From NCBI RefSeq assembly GCF_963921235.1, contig NC_086097.1, positions 133,488,001-133,552,000 of the forward strand: a stretch of 64,000 bases of DNA, read 5' to 3'. Each line of letters begins with the position of its first letter. The first letter of the stretch is position 1. Origin of the DNA: Mobula hypostoma (taxonomy: Eukaryota). This document shows positions 1-10,715 of this stretch, one piece after another. The notes below the pieces were generated by a model. The model searched no databases, was not told the origin of the DNA, and saw nothing but the letters and a program-made list of their open reading frames with translations. Both the position numbers and the translations under genes were made by a program.

Positions 1-232
1 AGCCGAAATAAACAAGCTAATTGATTAGGTGCCGCCCAGCACGTAAATGTCGGCCCAGATCAGAGGCGACACAATCGGCAATCGCCTCTGATCTGGGCCG
101 ACATTTACGCGCCGGGCGGCACCTAATCAATTAGCTTGTTTATTTCGGCTTTTTTCTCAAAGATATGCTGGGTGTGTTCCGGCCACCGCTGTACCGCTGC
201 ATTCTTCGTGGCCCAGAGGTTGGGAACCACTG
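1..232. mobile_element. Right end of a hAT (Charlie/Buster-type) MITE containing a 150-bp hairpin; left end lies outside the window
   Basis: Ends in ...AGGTTGGGAACCACTG (revcomp CAGTGGTTCCCAACCT, hAT-type TIR) followed by AATTATAA (233-240), fitting the nnnTAnnn 8-bp target consensus; 1-69 and 82-150 are inverted arms. Confidence 0.7.
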
Positions 233-895
233 AATTATAAGTCATTTATAAGTCAATAGCATCATAACATTTTAAATAATGTTTGGATATTAAACACACA
301 GCACCTATTTTCCTTGTATGAACATATAAAATCATTGCAACACACCAATATCGCTGAATCAGTGGGAGCCCTGGGCTTGTTTTCCTGTAACAAGACAGTC
401 CCATCGAGGGGTGATGGGAGACAGCGATACTCGAAGGGATTCCTTATGTCCAGTCTATTCCGCAATTTAGTTTTCTTTGCATTCATTGCAGAAAACTCCG
501 CTTCGCAGCGATATGATGTTGGAATTGGAAGCAGTGTTTTCAGTGCTTTTGTGGCTATCTCAGGATATTCATCCTTGACTTTGATCCAGAATGCCGGCAG
601 AGATGTTTTGTCAAACATACTTTTCAGCCCACTGTCATTTGCAAGCTCAAGGAGTTGACCTTCTTCCCGCGCTGACATGGAAGATTCACCGGGAACATTC
701 ACAAATGGGTCACAGACCCATTCCTTTGCATATCTTGGGTCACTGCTGACCTCGCGTGCGTTAAAGTTCAACAGTGGGCATGACAGGAAATGAGGAAAGG
801 TGCAGCTGACTCATATCGTTTCATATCGCCAAATCATATCATTTCCTCGTGGCCCAGTAGCACATGCTTTGCAGACCAGTGGATGGAGACCACTG
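233..895 (-). mobile_element. hAT (Buster/Charlie, ZBED/FAM200-like) transposon remnant encoding the C-terminal dimerisation region
   Basis: ORF 262-771(-): LLELAND..LK..F...SLPAFWIKVKDEYPEIATKALKTLLPIPTSYRCEAEFSAM...KTKLRNRLD; terminal ...GGAGACCACTG at 885-895 followed by CCTTAGCG (nnnTAnnn). Confidence 0.85.
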
Positions 896-2606
896 CCTTA
901 GCGGACAGGATTAAGGAAAACCCCAAGGCATTCTACAAGTATGTGAAGAGCAAGAGGATAAGACGTGAGAGAATAGGTCCAATCAAGTGTGACAGTGGAA
1001 AAGTATATATGGAACCAGAGGAGAAAGCAGAGGTACTTAATGAGTACTTTGCTTCAGTATTCACTATGGAAAAGGATCTTGGCGATTGTAGGGATGACTT
1101 ACAGCAGACTGAAAAGCTTGAGCATATAGATGCAGTATTAAGAAAGAGGATGTGCTGGAGCTTTTGGAAAGCATCAAGTTGGATAAGTCACCAGGACCGG
1201 ATGAAACATAACCCGTGCTACTCTGGGAGGTGAGGGAGGAAGTTGCTGAGCCTCTGGCGATGATCTTTGCATCATCAATGGGGACGGGAGAGGTTCTGGA
1301 GGATTGGAGGTTGAAATGTTGTTCCATTATTCAGCATGGCTTTGTGAAAGGCAGGTTGTGCCTTACGAACCTGGTTGAATTTTTTGAGGATGTGACTAAA
1401 CACATTGATGGAGGTAGAGCAATAGATGTAGTATATATTGATTTCAGCAAGGCATTTGATAAGGTACCCCATGCCAGTCTTATTGAGAAAGTAAGGAGGC
1501 ATGGGATCCAAGGGGATGTTGCTTTCTGGATCCAGAACTGGCTTGCCCACAGAAGACAAAGAGTGGTTGTAGAGGGGTCATATTCTGCATGGAGGTCAGT
1601 GACCAGTGGTGTGCCTCAGGGATCTGTTCTGGGACCCCTACTCTTCGTAATTTTTATAAATAACATGAATGAGGAAGTGGAGGAATGGGTTAGTAAATTT
1701 GCTGATGACATAAAGGTTGGGAGTGTTGTGGATAGTGTGGAGGGTTGTCAGAGGTTACAGCGGGACATTGGTAGGATGCAAAACTGGACTGAGAAGTGGC
1801 AGATGGAGTTCAATCCAGATAAGTGCGAGGTGGTTCATTTTGGTAGGTCAAATATGATGGCAGAATATAGTATTAATAGTAAGACTCTTGGCAGTGTGGA
1901 GGATCAGAGGGATCTTAAGGTCCGAGTACATAGGACACTCAAAGCTGCTGTGCAGGTTGACTCTGTGTTTAGGAAGGCATACGGTGCATTAGCATTCATC
2001 AATCGTGGGAATGGGTTTAGGAGCTGAGAGGTAATGTCACAGCTGTATAGGACCCTGGTCAGACCCCACTTGGAGTACTGTGCTCAGTTCTGGTCACCTC
2101 ACTACAGGAGGGATGTGGAAACCACAGAAAGGGTGCAGAGGAGATTTACAAGGATGTTGCCTGGACTGGGGGGCATGCCTTATGAGGATAGATTGAGTGA
2201 ACTCGGACTTTTCTCCTTGGAGCGATGGAGGATGACAGGTGACCTGATAGAGGTGTATACGGTGATGAGAGGCATTGATGGTGTGAATAGTCAGAGGCTT
2301 TTTCCCAGGATTGAAATGGCTAGCATAAGAGGGCACAGTTTTAAGGTGCTTGGAAGTAGGTACAGAGGAGGTGTCAGGGGTACGTTTTTTACTCAGTGAG
2401 TGGTGAGTGCATGGAATGAGCTGCCGGCGATGGTGGTGGAGGTGGAAACGATAGAGCTTTTTAAGAGGCTCCTGGATAGGTACATGGAGCTTAGAAAAAT
2501 AGAGGGCTATGGGTAACCCTGGGTATTTTCTAAGGTAAGGACATATTTGGCACAGTTTTGTGGGCCAAAGGGCCTGTATTGTGCTTTAGCTTTTCTATGT
2601 TTCTAT
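896..2606 (+). mobile_element. CR1 LINE, ORF2 reverse transcriptase and 3' end, frameshifted
   Basis: IKENPKAFYKYVKSKR, QHGFVKGR.CLTNL, YIDFSKAFDKVPH, GVPQGSVLGPLLF, KFADD, RPHLEYCAQFWSP; (TTCTAT)n-type tail near 2590-2606. Confidence 0.95.
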
Positions 2607-2668
2607 ATCTTTGTATCATCTGCAAACTTGGCTGCAAAGCCATCAATTCCATCATCTAAATCATTGAA
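2607..2668 (-). mobile_element. Fragment of an older CR1 RT that continues at 4078-4172
   Basis: Reverse strand reads NDLDDGIDGFAAKFADDTK. Confidence 0.75.
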
Positions 2669-2799
2669 ATGTATTCTGGATAGGATGGTGCTACCAAACG
2701 CATGCGACAGGTCTCTGATAGTTAAGAAATTTGACTAAAAATGCCTTTTCTGAGGTTAATTATTGGTGCAAACTATGAAAGGGTGAGTGATGGTGAGAC

Positions 2800-4065
2800 G
2801 AGTTCAGATGTTTTGAGGAATCATTGCAGATGGAGGGCCAATGCCTGTACAACTGGCCCGGGTGTGAAGTTGGATCACTCTGGATGCTGAGAGGAGAAGT
2901 CAGGGCCTGGGCAGAGGAGATTTGGTGCCCAATACAACTGACCCGGGTGCGTGGTTGGATCACTCTGATGCCGAGATGAAATGTTGGACCCTGGGCAGAG
3001 GAGATTTGATTTTGATGCTCATACAACTGACTTTGGTGTGAGGTTTCATCACTTTGGGCACCGAACTGATTGGAAGAGCTTGAGAGCTGCTTGGACTGGG
3101 CGGTGAAATATGGACCTGGAGCGTGTCACAGGCCCGGAGCCTTTAGCTTCAACAGGGTTCTAGTGCGAGCTATGATTCGCTGTTTAGACAATTTAAACAC
3201 TGGTCCAGAAGGGAGGTGAGACCCAATTTTGCTCACTCTCCACGGTGTTCTCTCTTCTCTCCAGGGTGTTGGAGCCTCTCGTTCCTTTGTTCAACTTAAA
3301 CTTCAGCAGACATCCCACCCTGCAAAAACTCATTTCAGGGAGGTAGCACCATCAATTTGCGGGAGACTCCCGGAACTTCCGGGAGAGGTGGGATGTCTGC
3401 AATAGAGTAGCTCCTTAAGGCTGATTTATACTTCTGCATTAACGACGCCATAACCTACGCAAGTGACTTACGCGCGTTGTGAGCATTTACACTTGTGCGC
3501 TGGTGTGTCTGCGTCACTCTGCAATTCGCACACGTCACGCACGCGCACACTCCTGCCTGTGCAAGGCGTCATGACATGGTAGTCTTTCTCAGGGTAAACA
3601 AGAAGCGAGCGTCTTTTTTTGAAAAAGTGAAATGTGTCCTCCATAATATACTGAAAAGAAAGGGTGTTGGGACTCAGAGCGAGAGCAGATTTCGCTCATC
3701 CTCTTCGATGGTTACTCCTCTCTCCATTGTGCTGAGGCTATGAAAACTGCTCTGGTTGCTGTGCTCCGTGTCCACTAATATGATGAACTGATAAGTGAGG
3801 CTTTGGGCTTACTCCAGGCTGCTCCGGGGTTCAGATCTGAGGTCTCAATTATGGTACAAAACGTTACTGTTGTTTCAATTATTTGCATGGTTTATGTTTT
3901 TTTTTCTTTCTATTATGCATTGAGGGTCGGTCTTTTATTTTTTTTATTCTCTTTTTCTTTAATTGGGTTCTTTCAGGTTTCTTGCTCTGTGGCTACCTGT
4001 GAGCAAGCAAATCTCAAGGTTGTATAATTTATACATTCTTTGATAATAAATGTACTTTGACTTTG
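2800..4065 (+). mobile_element. Non-autonomous retroposon-like repeat with ~85-bp internal repeats and nested DNA-transposon fragments
   Basis: 3' end TGATAATAAATGTACTTTGACTTTG resembles Rex-type tails elsewhere in the window; degenerate tandem units at 2849-3065; 5' boundary uncertain. Confidence 0.5.
3419..3730. mobile_element. Truncated PIF/Harbinger-like MITE
   Basis: TAA followed by GGCTGATTTATACTTCTGC (Harbinger-type terminus) and a CpG-rich body; no partner TIR found. Confidence 0.45.
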
Positions 4066-4077
4066 CTCTGTTTTTGA

Positions 4078-4172
4078 AAGTAAGCAGTCCCAACACCAAA
4101 CCTTGCAGAATACCACTAGTCACCAGCAATCAACCAGAAAAGGCCCTCTTTATTCCTACTCTTTGCTTCCTT
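4078..4172 (-). mobile_element. CR1 RT fragment, adjoining part of the element seen at 2607-2668
   Basis: Reverse strand RVGIKRAFSG*LLVTSGILQGLVLGLL, a decayed RV...G..S.W..VTSGVPQGSVLGPLL. Confidence 0.7.
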
Positions 4173-4194
4173 CAGACAGTTAATGACACTGGTT

Positions 4195-4800
4195 ACAAAG
4201 TTCAGTCCTACTTTTTCAGGAGAAGAATCTCAGACACAGGCCTGAAGAACTTCTTGGTTGACCCTTGCTTTGTCACCTTAAGCACTACTTTACGAACCCT
4301 TCCATATTCACTTTGAAAAGTGTGGGAACTAATTCCATGGACCAATTATTTCAGGCCACCCTGCTGTTCTTCAGAAGCACAACATCACCTTCTTCAACAT
4401 TAGAGCATAATTCTTGTCATTTGTTGCTGCAGATATTCTGGTTTCCGTTGCTCCCAGAATTGATCAGCGAAATTCTGAACTTGATACCATTTCTTTTATT
4501 GAGATCCTTTTCTGTAAAGATTCTAGTTGGGGGTGGTGCAGTGTGTTTCTGCATGAGAAGCATTCAAGAAGTAAGACTTAATGGTGAATCTGCATCTGCA
4601 GAGACTGGAACCAATGACCTCAAGTTGATAATCAACCTTCTTACTCAAGCATAGAGTCCAAGGTTCTTCTTGACACTGTGATCCTGCACCACCCATATGT
4701 GAGGGGTGTGGTGGATTAAATCCCGTGTGCAGCCTTGGCTTTTGATATACCGTACCTCTGCACCTGAGAATCCTTTGTCATTTTCTAGAACTCTAGTTCA
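4195..4800 (-). mobile_element. BEL/Pao LTR retrotransposon remnant (integrase core end and DUF5641-like C-terminus)
   Basis: Hand translation: FNPPHPSHMGGA, IINLRSLVPVSADADSPLSLT, QVQNFADQFWEQRKPEYL, NVEEGDVVLLK, WSMELV, GRVRKVVLKV, FRPVSEILLL; stops and frameshifts present. Confidence 0.85.
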
Positions 4801-5352
4801 TGGCAATTTTACATGAAAGCAGATTCAAGGATTCGATAAGTGGCACAGAGGACACTGAATGTGATTAAGCACATTAACTATTTAGTTACAAACAGTGAAA
4901 CAACTCAAACAAGTATCTAAGTCAAACAAATACTTAGCTAAACCCCCACCTCCCAAGTTACAAAACTATGACACTAAACATTTGATAACCCTTCTAACTC
5001 AAACAGGTCCTTCATTAAGTCCCCCAAGTTACACAACTACCACAATAAATATTCAACAAACAGGTGCTAATCTAAGTGTGCTTGTGGGCCCTCCTGTCTG
5101 CAACATACTTTCCAAATGAACCTTCAGCCCCAGTTGCAGCCCAGTCTGAAGGGAATCCCTAGCAAAAAGAGAAAGAGCATCCTGCACACACTATACTTAT
5201 ACTTCCTGGGGTGCCTGAAACCAGAAGTTGATTCTGTGGTGTGAAAGCCAGCCTATGAGAGAGAGCTGCCACATCCTTCGAAAGGGCCAATCAGCGACCA
5301 GCATGGCAGAAGTGGCTTTTGACCAGCAGGTAAGTTAACCCTTCACATTACA
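4801..5352 (-). mobile_element. 3' LTR of an endogenous retrovirus
   Basis: Minus strand begins TGTAATGTGAAG directly after purine-rich GAGGGGTGA (PPT-like, 5353-5361), contains CCAAT and TATAAG motifs, ends ...GCCA at 4801 where BEL sequence resumes; lies downstream of env. Confidence 0.7.
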
Positions 5353-5449
5353 TCACCCCTCGAAAGACATGACACAATGACAATTCAGCCCTCAGGCTAG
5401 TATAACCCCCACAAACACCCCATTAAACTATGAATACCCCTGTAAACTA

Positions 5450-6664
5450 CATGTAAAACATGAAACTACAATATCCAGTACTATAAGCCAGATAGTTACC
5501 ATCCAGGGTACTATGGTAGTCCACCAAACTCCTAGCAATGCAAAAAACCACTAACTTACTCTTGGGGTATAGTAGTGTTGGAGCTGGCCCCCTACTTTCC
5601 TGATCTTATTTACTGACTGCTGAATATGATCAGCCAGGTGAGTAATGTTCCCAGTAGGTGTAGCACTCCTAACCAATCACAGCACAGGTGCCACCTTTCT
5701 CTGTGAGCAGCTAGTTCAAGGCCATTGATTTTGCAAGGCCACCATCCGAACAGCCATCATTTCAGCTGACACAATGGCCGGTGCATCCTCTGTATGCTTG
5801 AGCGCTATTTTTGGTCTTGTTAGCTAGTGTGTCCATCATAGAGGTCATACATTCCAGTTTCTGGGACAGCCTGGCGATACCATAGAGAGAAAGGCTATTG
5901 TCCAGCACCTTTCTGCCTCTGTAATTTGCCTCTTACTGTGTCAACCCTCAAGGGCAGGGTGCTCTTTCAGGCTATAGGGGCAGTGTAAATATGGTACCAT
6001 ATACCCTGGATAGCCGCAGATGCACCCTTCTGCACACAGATATTTTAGCATCCAGTACATACCGTTTAGCATCTAGGGAGTGCCCACCTTCGTAGCAGCA
6101 TTTGGAGTCAACACAGTCATCCCAGGATACTGCTCCCGCTCACACCTGCTGTGCCTCACTGAATGGTTGGACCTGTGCTCATTGTACCTCCTGCACCAAC
6201 ACTCATCCCCCTGTTGGCAGAGGGATTACTCTCCGAGTCAGGACCTTGGAATTAAACAGATCATACACAGGGAAGTACCAGCCCTTAAAACATTTATTCC
6301 ACCAGGAGTTACTGAGACTTAAGTTCTTTAAGGCAATTCTCCAAACTATGGGGCATGCTTGGCTGGAATGGACCATTGCCTCCCACTTCCCTCAAAAAAG
6401 AATACCAAAATGTGAGAAGCTGGACAAGTTCCTCCAACAGAGCTGTACATCTTCGTTAAAGGGAATCGGTATCAGTGACACCCCTTCTGCCTCACGGGAA
6501 GGTCCCCTCATACAGACCCAGCAGCCTGAAGCGATGGTGTGGTTCACATACCCCTTCAACATTGGTAGCAGCTATTCTTATACCCCTGCGGTATAACCCC
6601 AGCAAATCTTAGGGCACAAGAAAATAGTTGAAATCCAATTCCTGGCCAAGGTTTATTCTCACAT
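5450..6664 (-). pseudogene. env: Decayed retroviral envelope gene, gamma-type (as in epsilon-like/class I ERVs)
   Basis: CWVC (CXXC) at 6512-6523; furin-like HSKR|QITEAERCW at 5929-5940; immunosuppressive-domain-like VALQN.MALN*LLTEKGGT near 5690-5745; CAVIG*ECY (decayed CX6CC) near 5660-5686; hydrophobic TM segment near 5470-5550; multiple stops and frameshifts. Confidence 0.9.
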
Positions 6665-7179
6665 CTAGTCTCTTGAATATTGTACAGCAACAGTTAAATC
6701 TACAAAGAACATACATTTATCAGTTATAATTATTACAAATAACACATATGCTTATTTCTTATAACAACCCTGACTTTTTCTTGGAAACCGTAACATCATG
6801 TTATATAACACAATTGAATTTATTTGCATCTCTGCTCCCTGGTTTAGATTTATTACTAAAGGCCTACCAATCAGCCTGAGTTCTTATTTATTCTTATCTG
6901 GGTTGAAATCATCCTCCCACATAGTAGTTGCTACTGTTCCTCACAGTTTCTGTGGACATTTTCAGAAGCTGTATATTCCCACAGGCTAACTTTAAGTCAG
7001 CCTAGATTCTCCTTCATACAAACGGCAAGAGAAAGTTGTAAATACTGGAACATTGTGCATTCAGCATTTTGGTTCTATTATCTAGTGTGGTGTTGGGGCA
7101 GAGAAATATTCCATTCCTGATCTAGACACTCCAAGGTGCAGTCCCCATCACTCAGGTGGTTGAAAAAGTTCATAGTGTT

Positions 7180-7495
7180 GTTCAAAGTCAATGTCAAGTT
7201 TATTGGTAATAGGTTTATTATTGTCACATATACTGAAGTATGCCATCCATACAGATCATACATAACAACAGTATATTGAGGTACTCCAAGGGAAAACAAT
7301 AACAGAATGCAGAATAAAGTGTTACAATTACAGAGAAAGTGCAGTGCAGACAGACAGTAATGTGCAAGGGCCATAACAAGGTAGATCTTACTGGACTAGG
7401 GTCCATTCAATAGTCTTAAAACAGCAGGACAGGAGCTGTCCTTGAGTCTAGTGGTACGGTAGGTGCTTTCAGGCTTTTCTGTCTTCTGCCCTAAT
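7180..7495 (-). mobile_element. 3' fragment of a Rex/Babar-type LINE
   Basis: Tail CAAAGTCAATGTCAAGTTTATT and 3' UTR similar to other Rex-type copies in the window. Confidence 0.55.
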
Positions 7496-7571
7496 GTACA
7501 GGTGCAATGAAAAACCTACCTGCAGCAGCGTCACAGGCAGATAGCATCAGATAAGCAGCATTCACAAGAAA

Positions 7572-8865
7572 AATCAGAATCAAAATCAGGTTTATTATCA
7601 CCGGCATGGGACGTGAAATTTATTAACTTAGTAGTAGCGTTTCAATGCAATACATAAAAGAGAAGAAAAAAATTGAATAATAATAAATAAATAAGTACAT
7701 CTCATTCGGTATACTTTATACAGTATATATGTATTAAATAGATTAAAATCATGCAAAAAACAAATACTATATAGTTAAAAAATGTGAGGTAGTGTCCAAG
7801 GGTTGAATGTCCATTTAGGAATCAGATGGCAGAGGGGAAGAAGCTGTTCCTGAATCGCTGAATGTGTGTCTTCAGGCTTCTGTACCTCCTGCCTGACGGT
7901 AACAGTGAGAAAAGGGCATGTCATGGGTGCTAGAGGTCCTTAACAATGGACGCTGCCTTTCTGGGACACTACTTCATGAAGATGTCCTGGGTACTTTGTA
8001 GACTACTACCCAAGATAGAGGTGACTAAATTTACAATGCTCTGCAGCTTCTTTCAGTCCTGTGCAGTAGCCCCTCCATACCAGACAGTGATGCAGCCTGT
8101 CAGAATGCTTTCCATGGTACAACTATAGAAGGTTTTGAGTGTATTTGTTGACATGCCAAATCTCTTCAAACTCCTAATGAAATATAGCTGCTGTCTTGCC
8201 TTCTTTATAAGTGCATCAATATGTTGGGACCAGGTTAGATCCTCATAGATCTTGACATCTAGGAACTTGAAACTGCTCACTCGCTCCACTTCTGATCCTT
8301 CTATGAGGATTGGTATGTGTTCCTTCGTCTTACCCTTCTGGAGGTCCACAATCAGCTCTTTCATTTTACTGACGTTGAGTGCCAGGTTGTTGCTGCAGCA
8401 CCACTCCACTAGTTGGCATATCTCACTCCTGTACATCCTTTCGTCACCACCTGAGATTCTACCAATAATGGTTATATCGTCAGCAAATTTATAGATGGTA
8501 TTTGAGCTATGCCTAGCCACACAGTCATGTGTATACAGAGAGTAGAGCAGTGGGCTAAGCACACACCCCAGAAGTACACCAGTGTTGATCGTCAGCGAGA
8601 ATGAGATGTTATCACCAATCCGCATAGATTGTGGTCTTCTGGTTAGGAAGTCTAGGATCCAATTGCAGAGGAAGGTACAGAGGCCCAGGTTCTGCAACTT
8701 CTTAATCAGGATTGTAGGAGTGATGGTATTAAATGCTGAGCTATAATCGATGAACAGCATCCTGACATAGGTGTTTGTGTTGTTCAGGTAGTCTATAGCC
8801 ATGCAGAGAGCCATTGAGATTGCATCTGCCATTGACCTATTGTGGAAATAGGCAAATTGCAATCG
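7572..8865 (-). mobile_element. Rex1/Babar-clade LINE, 5'-truncated RT
   Basis: ORF 8053-8898(-): [75 protein letters not shown]; (AATCAG)n tail. Confidence 0.9.
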
Positions 8866-8939
8866 GTTAATCATAAATGAAACATAAATTATACACATTT
8901 TTTACAAGAAAGAACACAGTTTAAACAAAAAAGTGACAA

Positions 8940-9748
8940 TACCAGGAAATGGAGATAGATAATACTATAAGGATAGCAAGGGACAAAATAGGTCCGTTTA
9001 AAAATCAGCATTGTCACCTATGGACAGAGCTGAAAGAGACAGAGGTGATCTTAAATGGATGTTTTGCATTTGTATTTACTTGGAAGATGAATACAAAGTC
9101 TTTAGAACTGAGGAAAAACGATAGTGAGGTCATAGACATAGACAATGATTACAGGATAGAGCTGCTTGCTGTATTGAGGCAAATTAGGCTGTATAAATTC
9201 TCAGGGCCTGACAAGGTGTTCCCTCGGAACTTATGGGAGGCTAGTGCTCGTATTTCAGGAGCCCTTAACTACCTTGTGAAAGAGGTCTGGAATATAGGTA
9301 ATGTTGTTCTGTTGTTCAAGAATAAGCTGGGAAATTATAGGCTGGTGAGCCTCATGTCAATAGTGGATAAACTACTGGAAGGTATTCTAAGGGGAAGAAT
9401 ATATAAGTATTTGGATAAACAGGGTCTGATTAGGGATAGTCAACATGGTTTTGTGCATGGTAGTTCATGTCTAACCAATCTTACAGAGTTTTTCAAGGAT
9501 GTTACCAGGAAAGTTACCAACAATATGGACGTTGTCTACGTAGACTTTAGCAAAGCCCTTGACAAGATCCCGCATGGGATGCCAGTCAAGAAGATTCAGT
9601 CTCTTTGCTTTCAGGATGAAGTAGTAAATTGGATCCAACAGGAGAAGCCAGAGTGTGGTAGTAGATGTTGCCCCTCTTACTAGAGACCTGTGAATAACAG
9701 AGATTGCTGCTGGGGTCCTTGTTGCTTGTCATCTATATCAACGATCTA
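8940..9748 (+). mobile_element. CR1 RT fragment
   Basis: ORF 8949-9683: GNYRLVSLMS, SQHGFVHG.SCLTNL, DVVYVDFSKALDKIPH. Confidence 0.9.
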
Positions 9749-9849
9749 AAAACTTCCTTTTCTCACTTTCCCAGTTCTAACGGAGGGCCCCATGATCTGA
9801 AACGTTAACTCTGTTTTGCTGTCCACAGATGCAACCTGACCCAGCTGTT

Positions 9850-10200
9850 ATAGAGAGTCATAGAGTCATACAGCAAGGATACAGGCCCTTCTGCCAACTC
9901 GTCCATGCCGACCAAGAACCCAATCCAAAATAATCCCATTTATCTGCATTTGCCCATATCCTTCTAAACCTTTCCTATCCATGCATCTGTCCAACTGTCA
10001 TTTGAAAGTTGTTATTCTAACAGCCTCAACCACTTCCTCTGGTAACTTGTTCCATGTGTGGACGACTCCTTCTGTAAAAAAAAATGTTGGTCCACAGATT
10101 CCTACGAAATCTTTTCCCTGTAACTTTAAAAGTATGCTTTCTTGCTTGGTTCCTCTACCCTCGTTAAAATACAGTATGCATCCATTCTGCCCTTCATGTT
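9850..10200 (-). mobile_element. CR1 3' end
   Basis: Reverse strand FFTEGVVHTWNKLPEEVVEA..ITTFK; AGTCATAG repeats at the tail. Confidence 0.75.
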
Positions 10201-10715
10201 GTATTAGAAATGGTTTCATAATTTCAACTGATTCATAATAGTTCAAGCAAAAATAGGTGGGTGAAAATTTACAAGGTATTCTCAATCTGGTCTGACTGTA
10301 ATGTTTAAATGTAAACCTCATAACCAATACTTCCTAGGCAGCAAGGAAGCAGCACAAGACCAGTACTTTTCCTAATATGTCACTGTCAGTGGAACATTTT
10401 CAAACAAAGCTAAACAAATTGACAGAATTTCTCCAAATTACGTCATATTTTGGATCTTTTTAAAGAATAGAATCTAAGCCAAATGATAATGGAAATTGAG
10501 GGCAAGAGAGATGAGAAGCATGCAGCTGGAACTCCTTGAATTAACGATAAAAGCCTTGGAAAAACACACACAACATAAAAGCTAGTAAATATTTAACTAT
10601 ATGGGATGATGTCAGATATTTATTAGAGCACAAACACAAAAATGCATTTAAATTACAAGTCAGACACAGCCTGCATAAGTTTGCTATCTAGGGGAAAAAT
10701 GTTGGGATTTATATA

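Noticed and set aside
6080..6596. Plus-strand ORFs of 80 and 164 aa as genes
   Set aside because: They are antisense to the env relic and have no recognisable motif
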